Below are positions 32,954-37,720 of a stretch of DNA of 37,720 nucleotides, piece after piece. The notes beneath the pieces were generated by a model, which was not told where the DNA came from, searched no databases, and saw only the letters and a program-made list of their open reading frames with translations. Position 1 is the stretch's first letter. Every line of letters begins with the position of its first letter. The position numbers were made by a program, and so were the translations under genes. Source of the stretch: a virus; the IMG/VR virus record IMGVR_UViG_3300027498_000002. One strand, written 5' to 3'.

Positions 32954-33280
32954 ATGAAGAAGGTAATCATAGAAAGCCCATACGCAGGCAATGTAGAACG
33001 AAATATTAAATATGCTCGTAAATGTGTACGTCATAGCCTGTCTATGGGTGAGGCTCCGATCGCATCACACCTGCTGTATACGCAGGATGGCATATTAGAT
33101 GACACTATACCACAAGAACGAGAATTAGGCATAAACGCAGGCCTTGCTTGGAGAGAAGTAGCTGAGCTACACATATTCTACGTTGACTATGGCATAAGTA
33201 AAGGGATGCAGTATGCGCTCGAATATGCATTAGCTGAAAATAAGATAGGTACAGTATTCAGAGAAATAGGTACACTTTAA
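32954..33280 (+). CDS. DUF4406-like / nucleoside 2-deoxyribosyltransferase-like fold protein
   Basis: Start trimmed to the ATG at 32954. Pattern ESPYAG..NI.YAR.C ... GEAPIASHLLY ... DD...R..G ... ISKGM..A resembles this phage family. Recalled from memory, so the name is uncertain. Confidence 0.45.
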   Translation: MKKVIIESPYAGNVERNIKYARKCVRHSLSMGEAPIASHLLYTQDGILDDTIPQERELGINAGLAWREVAELHIFYVDYGISKGMQYALEYALAENKIGTVFREIGTL

Positions 33281-34171
33281 ATGGTCTTGCTTGGAAGGAA
33301 AAAAAATGCTTCGGAGCTGAACAAGAAACATATGAAAGAAAAAGATATAATATGCTGGTGGTCTGGAGGAATTACGAGTGCTATAGCTTGTAAGATAACA
33401 ATAGGCTTGTATGGAAAAGATAGATGCAGGGTGATATACATTGCAACTCACAACGAAGACGAGGACACAGAAAGATTTAAGATAGACTGTGAAAAATTAT
33501 ATGACTTAGAGATTGAAGAAATATCTGCTATAGGTGAAGGCAAAAAATACTCTTCTATTGAAGATGTATGGTATGATTTCGAGTCTTTAAATGTAGCTCA
33601 CGGTGCAATATGTAGTAGTGAGTTAAAGAGACAAGTAAGATTAGACTTCCAAAGAAAAACAGAATACACTCACCAAGTATTCGGCTTTGAAATAGAGGAG
33701 GTCAATAGGGCTAAGAACATAAAAAAGAACTACCCTAAATCAGTGCCAGTATTCCCATTACTAATGTTCTGTCTATCTAAAAAAGACTGTATCAAAAAAA
33801 TGGAACAATACGGCATAGAAGTACCAAGAATGTACAAGCTGGGATTTAATAATAATAATTGTTTTAACACTGGATGCGTCCAAGGAGGTATAGGCTACTG
33901 GAAGAAGATACAAAAAGAATACCCTGACAAGTTTGAAAAAATGGCTAAAATAGAACACGCCCTAACCAACCTAAAAGGCAAACCTGTTACTTGCTTGAAA
34001 GACCAATCTAAAGTTGCAAAAGCGACAGGTATAACAAATGTGTTCCTTGAAAATCATCCCGATTATCCTGAGTACAAATCAATAAACGATATGAAAGGTA
34101 GACCAGTCGAAAACCTTATGGAATGCAATGGTTTTTGTGGAATACAATCTGAATTATTCAAATCAGTCTGA
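33281..34171 (+). CDS. PP-loop ATP pyrophosphatase superfamily protein (PAPS-reductase-like)
   Basis: WWSGGITSAIAC is an SGGxxS PP-loop. C-terminal Cys clusters NNNCFNTGC and ECNGFC. The gene is AT-rich. Confidence 0.6.
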   Translation: MVLLGRKKNASELNKKHMKEKDIICWWSGGITSAIACKITIGLYGKDRCRVIYIATHNEDEDTERFKIDCEKLYDLEIEEISAIGEGKKYSSIEDVWYDFESLNVAHGAICSSELKRQVRLDFQRKTEYTHQVFGFEIEEVNRAKNIKKNYPKSVPVFPLLMFCLSKKDCIKKMEQYGIEVPRMYKLGFNNNNCFNTGCVQGGIGYWKKIQKEYPDKFEKMAKIEHALTNLKGKPVTCLKDQSKVAKATGITNVFLENHPDYPEYKSINDMKGRPVENLMECNGFCGIQSELFKSV

Positions 34172-34390
34172 AAGACTGAAAGAGGGTGGGCTTTTTAGTT
34201 AGCTGTAGACTCACTTAACAAGATTGAAAAAATGAACCTCAGCTTAGTAGCTGGAGATAAAGACACTAACTATTATAATGAATCTAAATTAAGGATCAAA
34301 CAACAGACATCGTGGCAGTCATTGTTTTAATGAATTTAAGCCGCCAGACGTAAGAATATTTAATCAGTCATCAAAATATCAATATAACCC

Positions 34391-34666
34391 ATGGAATTAA
34401 AATTATCAGGAACCATCATTGACATCTTCCCGAGAGAGCAAAAATCAGAAAAATTCACCGTCAGGGAGTTTCACCTACTCACCAATGGGCAGTACGGGCA
34501 GTACATCAGGTTTCAGCTGACTAATGATCGCTGCGACCTCATAGACCCCTTTTTCTCTACCCAGTCCGTGACAGTACACTTCAGCATAGAGGGCCGCAAA
34601 CCAGAGGAGGGCGGCAGATTATGGAATAATCTGAGCGCATGGAAAATAGTAGCGAATGAAGACTAA
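34391..34666 (+). CDS. DUF3127 protein (OB-fold-like, Bacteroidota and phage family)
   Basis: MELKLSGTIIDIFPREQKS ... REFHL ... VTVHFSIEGR ... WNNLSAWKI fits the DUF3127 pattern. Confidence 0.7.
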   Translation: MELKLSGTIIDIFPREQKSEKFTVREFHLLTNGQYGQYIRFQLTNDRCDLIDPFFSTQSVTVHFSIEGRKPEEGGRLWNNLSAWKIVANED

Positions 34667-34904
34667 CGCACTCACCCAGCCCAGTGCCAGGGAGATCAGA
34701 CAGATGAGCCTGGCACTGGATACCCTCAAGTTCTACAGAGAGCTGATAGGCTCAGCTGTATTCTGCTCTATGCGCTCCATGCTGGCAGCACACTATACCA
34801 TAGAGTTACACATGCATATGAGTCGTGACGGCTCATATGGGAGGCTTAAGAGGATCATATGCACCCCAGGGGCTGGGCCAGAAGTCAAAGTCATAGAGCC
34901 ATGA
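34656..34904 (+). CDS. Hypothetical protein
   Basis: 82-aa ORF. Confidence 0.4.
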   Translation: MKTNALTQPSAREIRQMSLALDTLKFYRELIGSAVFCSMRSMLAAHYTIELHMHMSRDGSYGRLKRIICTPGAGPEVKVIEP

Positions 34905-35251
34905 AGATGGCGCAGATATTCGGGCGCAGCTTCTTAGATGAGCTGAGGCAAGGCATCATCAGCGTCGTAGCTGAGTGTCTCAAAGAGGCACTACCTCAGC
35001 AGGGCGCGCTCATCAGTAAGCAGGAGGTAGCCAGTCGATTAGGCGTGACTAAGCACAAGCTAGACTGCATGACGAGGCTCTACAGCATCCCTTTTCACGT
35101 CATGCCTGGCTCCGCTGATCGATCATATATATATAGTGACGTACTCGCTGCTATCCGCGCAGGGAGCAGCTACGATAAGCTAAAGCGACGCACCGGACGA
35201 AAGCCGAAAAAGTGGCTGACAGATATAGTAGAATCACAACACGAAGGATAG
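34901..35251 (+). CDS. HTH DNA-binding protein (excisionase/MerR-like HTH_17)
   Basis: Start trimmed to the ATGA overlap at 34901. ISKQEVASRLGVTKHKLDCMTRLYSIPFHVMPG is excisionase-like. Confidence 0.5.
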   Translation: MKMAQIFGRSFLDELRQGIISVVAECLKEALPQQGALISKQEVASRLGVTKHKLDCMTRLYSIPFHVMPGSADRSYIYSDVLAAIRAGSSYDKLKRRTGRKPKKWLTDIVESQHEG

Positions 35252-35280
35252 GATATTTTAACTTTTTAAAATTAGAGATA

Positions 35281-35559
35281 ATGCAATTATACAGAATAGA
35301 TTCTGGCGAAATAGAATACGTTGCCGCTGAAAGCCTGGTGAAGCTATTCAACTTCTACAAAGAAGAAACTGGCGAAGACTTATTAGGGATGGACGCTAGT
35401 GTAACAAATGTTCATAAATCTAAGTGGCCACACATGAAAATATACGACTTAGAAGAGAGAGATGAAAAAGACAAGCCCCTTTACATCCAGACAGTCGAAG
35501 AAGCCATGAATGATGAATCATTACACAAGCCTTGCATTATATCATCTTCGGTTTATTAA
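35281..35559 (+). CDS. Hypothetical protein
   Basis: Start trimmed to the ATG at 35281. Confidence 0.45.
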   Translation: MQLYRIDSGEIEYVAAESLVKLFNFYKEETGEDLLGMDASVTNVHKSKWPHMKIYDLEERDEKDKPLYIQTVEEAMNDESLHKPCIISSSVY

Positions 35560-35564
35560 AAGAT

Positions 35565-36023
35565 ATGAAAAGAATACAAAGTGATTTATGCAGGGCATCA
35601 GTATACTTAAAGTATGATGAGTGCTGCGCTTATTGTGGGCAGATGATCGATTATGATCAAATGGAGGTAGACCATATGATCCCCCAGTCAGGCTATGTAG
35701 ATCATCTGAATGCTGGGACGGTACCAGATAGGTTACAGCATTTGACATTGGATGATTTGGATCACATTGATAATTTATACCCGAGCTGCGCTGACTGTAA
35801 TCGATTCAAAGGTAATAATCCATTGGCGGTCTTTCGATCACGATTGCAGAATCAAGCTAAGCGAGCTAAAGAGCTGAGTGCACATGCGAGACGCGCGCTG
35901 CGCTATGGGCTGCTGGAAGAAACAGAAGGCAGCGTCATATTTTATTTCGAAATGATAGAATCACAAGACAAAGGATTATTGGCTTACCAGCCGTCAACGA
36001 GCAGCCATGACGATCTCCTTTAA
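35565..36023 (+). CDS. HNH endonuclease
   Basis: CCAYCG ... VDHMIPQS ... DNLYPSCADCNRFKGN. Confidence 0.8.
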   Translation: MKRIQSDLCRASVYLKYDECCAYCGQMIDYDQMEVDHMIPQSGYVDHLNAGTVPDRLQHLTLDDLDHIDNLYPSCADCNRFKGNNPLAVFRSRLQNQAKRAKELSAHARRALRYGLLEETEGSVIFYFEMIESQDKGLLAYQPSTSSHDDLL

Positions 36024-36094
36024 TGATTTAGAGTTAGCAAGCATTGATTTTAGAGTATTAGATTAAAATCGAAACAGTATAAAAATTATCTTAA

Positions 36095-36868
36095 ATGGCT
36101 AAAAATAGCAAAATAGAATGGACAGACCACACAGTAAACTTATGGTGGGGATGCACTAAGGTTCACGCAGGGTGTGACAATTGTTATGCTGAAACTTTAT
36201 CTAGAAGATGGGGTAACAATGTGTGGGGAAATCAGACTGGAAGGAAACGAATAAAGTCTGCATATCATAATCTCAATAAGTACCAAAAGCAATCAGAAAA
36301 AGAAGGTCGTCAAATCAAAGTATTCGTTGGATCAATGATGGACATATTTGAAAAGACTATGATTATAAACAATCCAGTAGAGGATAAATGGGAGTGGACT
36401 GGTGCAATTAGAAGAGATTTTTTTGATAGAATAGAAAACGGTCAATGGAAAGGGATAACATTTTTATTGCTTACTAAGAGACCAAGCAATATTAATAAGC
36501 TAATCCCTGAAAGATGGAAGTACGAGCCACCAGAAAATGTATTTTTCGGATGCTCTCCCGTGGATCAAAAGACCTATGATATATTAGTGAGCCAATTACT
36601 TGAGGTTCATGGAAACAAATTCTTATCAGTAGAACCACAACTTGGATTGATAGATATAACTACCGTACAAGGCTTTGATAACATTGCCTGGATTATACAA
36701 GGCGGAGAAAGTGGACATAAGAGAAGACCTTTTATGTTTGAATGGGCCCACTCTATGAAAAAACAATGTGAAGTATGGGGCATACCTTATTTTTTCAAGC
36801 AAATAGATAAAGTCATGGAAATACCTGAAACCATGTTAGTGCGAGAATTTCCAAAATCACTCAAATAA
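36095..36868 (+). CDS. DUF5131 / phage Gp37-Gp68 family protein
   Basis: N-terminus KIEWTDHTVNLWWGCTKVHAGCDNCYAE is the family hallmark, including the three-Cys motif. Confidence 0.9.
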   Translation: MAKNSKIEWTDHTVNLWWGCTKVHAGCDNCYAETLSRRWGNNVWGNQTGRKRIKSAYHNLNKYQKQSEKEGRQIKVFVGSMMDIFEKTMIINNPVEDKWEWTGAIRRDFFDRIENGQWKGITFLLLTKRPSNINKLIPERWKYEPPENVFFGCSPVDQKTYDILVSQLLEVHGNKFLSVEPQLGLIDITTVQGFDNIAWIIQGGESGHKRRPFMFEWAHSMKKQCEVWGIPYFFKQIDKVMEIPETMLVREFPKSLK

Positions 36869-36882
36869 TAAGCCAAATACAT

Positions 36883-37098
36883 ATGATATACTTACCACTA
36901 CTCACCACAGGCCACAGCTCAATTATCGCCCTCTTCCTCCTTTTATGCACAGGGAGCTACTACGTATACAATTACTATGCCTCTATCAGGAATGATAGTA
37001 AAGGCAGCAGAGAGGGTGACCCTATGGGCGATATCGACTGTCTCTCATGTGATCGGCCCTGCGATGATTGTATCTTATATCAACATGAGAATGATTAG
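36883..37098 (+). CDS. Small membrane protein with a Cys-rich tail
   Basis: TM segment IIALFLLLCTGSYYVY, then CLSCDRPCDDC. Confidence 0.4.
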   Translation: MIYLPLLTTGHSSIIALFLLLCTGSYYVYNYYASIRNDSKGSREGDPMGDIDCLSCDRPCDDCILYQHEND

Positions 37099-37191
37099 CA
37101 TTTAAGTACTAAAGTAAAATTCGAAACACTTAAATAATAACAAATACTTGTTAATTTAATATATCGAATTTGAAAAACTAAAATTATAATT

Positions 37192-37479
37192 ATGAACGGA
37201 ATAGTATCATTTAGACTCTGTAAATTAACCAACAAACAATTAGCGGAACGAGTAGATAAACTTACAGACAATCTCTACAAGCTCGGTCCAGAAAAAGTAA
37301 TATCAAGGCACATACCAGCGAGACCCGATGAGGATTACGACTTACTTATAGGTGAGCTTGTAATGCGGTTCACTGAACTATTCGAGCAGCTCGATAAATC
37401 TGATGACATACCTCATATTATGGAGAGTCATCAACCAGTAACCGATGAGCAAGCAGTACAGATGTGTCAACAGGATTAA
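37192..37479 (+). CDS. Hypothetical protein
   Basis: 95-aa ORF preceded by an AT-rich region with a TAACAA-N4-TTGTTA inverted repeat (37138..37154). Confidence 0.5.
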   Translation: MNGIVSFRLCKLTNKQLAERVDKLTDNLYKLGPEKVISRHIPARPDEDYDLLIGELVMRFTELFEQLDKSDDIPHIMESHQPVTDEQAVQMCQQD

Positions 37480-37494
37480 CAGCAATGGAGATAG

Positions 37495-37683
37495 CAGGAT
37501 ATAAAAGCTGGATTTGACGAATGTATGAGAGTCTTAAAACCCATGGGGACCCTTATCTTTAAATGGAATGAATCTCAAATATCATTAAAGCAAATTTTGG
37601 AAATCATAGACTATAAGCCTTTATTTGGACATACATCAGGAAGACACGAAAAAACTAAATGGGTTACGTTCTTTAAAAAGTAG
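37495..37683 (+). pseudogene. C-terminal remnant of a small SAM-dependent DNA methyltransferase (spans into the terminal overlap)
   Basis: The open frame after the TAG at 37492 reads QDIKAGFDECMRVLKPMGTLIFKWNESQISLKQILEIIDYKPLFGHTSGRHEKTKWVTFFKK. This matches only the C-terminal third of roughly 190-aa phage methyltransferases that carry FDECMRVLKP.GTL.FKWNE. No N-terminal catalytic part lies upstream. The internal ATG at 37525 would give 52 aa. Confidence 0.5.
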
Positions 37684-37720
37684 CGGACTTGATCTTTCAT
37701 CTACCCTCCCCCTTAAACTA
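37594..37720. repeat. Terminal overlap copy 2 (identical to 1..127)
   Basis: Same as above. Confidence 0.95.

Larger units (their letters stand above)
1..37593. mobile_element. Complete circular temperate phage genome (HK97-fold capsid, siphovirus-like tail module, tyrosine integrase)
   Basis: Full set of terminase, portal, protease, capsid, tail, lysis, integrase, repressor and replication genes. Window ends overlap by 127 identical nt, so the contig closes on itself. Confidence 0.85.

Overview
The window is one complete, circularly closed temperate tailed-phage genome. The first and last 127 nt are identical, leaving about 37,593 bp of unique sequence. The host is probably a Bacteroidota bacterium. 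This is inferred from many signal peptides ending A/G|Q, an M43 cytophagalysin-like lipoprotein, a DUF3127 protein, a Bacteroidota-type tyrosine integrase and TAnnTTTG-like promoter boxes.

The minus strand carries one long late operon, read from about 25.2 kb down to 0.33 kb. In order it encodes an amidase endolysin and holin-like protein, small proteins, a cassette of exported proteins and an HNH endonuclease. The cassette includes a roughly 1160-aa repeat-rich fibre/adhesin-like protein and an M43 metalloprotease lipoprotein. Then come TerS, TerL, an oppositely oriented AT-rich moron, and the portal, prohead protease and HK97-fold capsid. Connector and tail-completion proteins follow, interrupted by a second HNH. 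Last are the major tail protein, tail chaperones with a textbook A_AAA_AAG -1 frameshift site, the tape measure and an 877-aa tail-tip protein.

The plus strand (25.5-37.7 kb) carries the integrase, a cupin, a divergent CI-like repressor/lipoprotein and Cro-like switch, and replication-associated genes (DUF1376, DUF3127). It also carries a PP-loop enzyme, a third HNH, a DUF5131 (Gp37/Gp68) protein and a truncated methyltransferase remnant.

The most unusual items are:
- the exported-protein cassette inside the late operon;
- arrays of CATATG boxes spaced exactly 11 bp apart, next to a (GAAATA)n microsatellite and an A-tract block, flanking the immunity region;
- an acr/aca-like self-contained cassette between terL and portal;
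- near-identical 354-bp tandem repeats inside the fibre/adhesin gene.

All functional calls come from reading the translated ORFs for motifs and from gene order. No database search was run.
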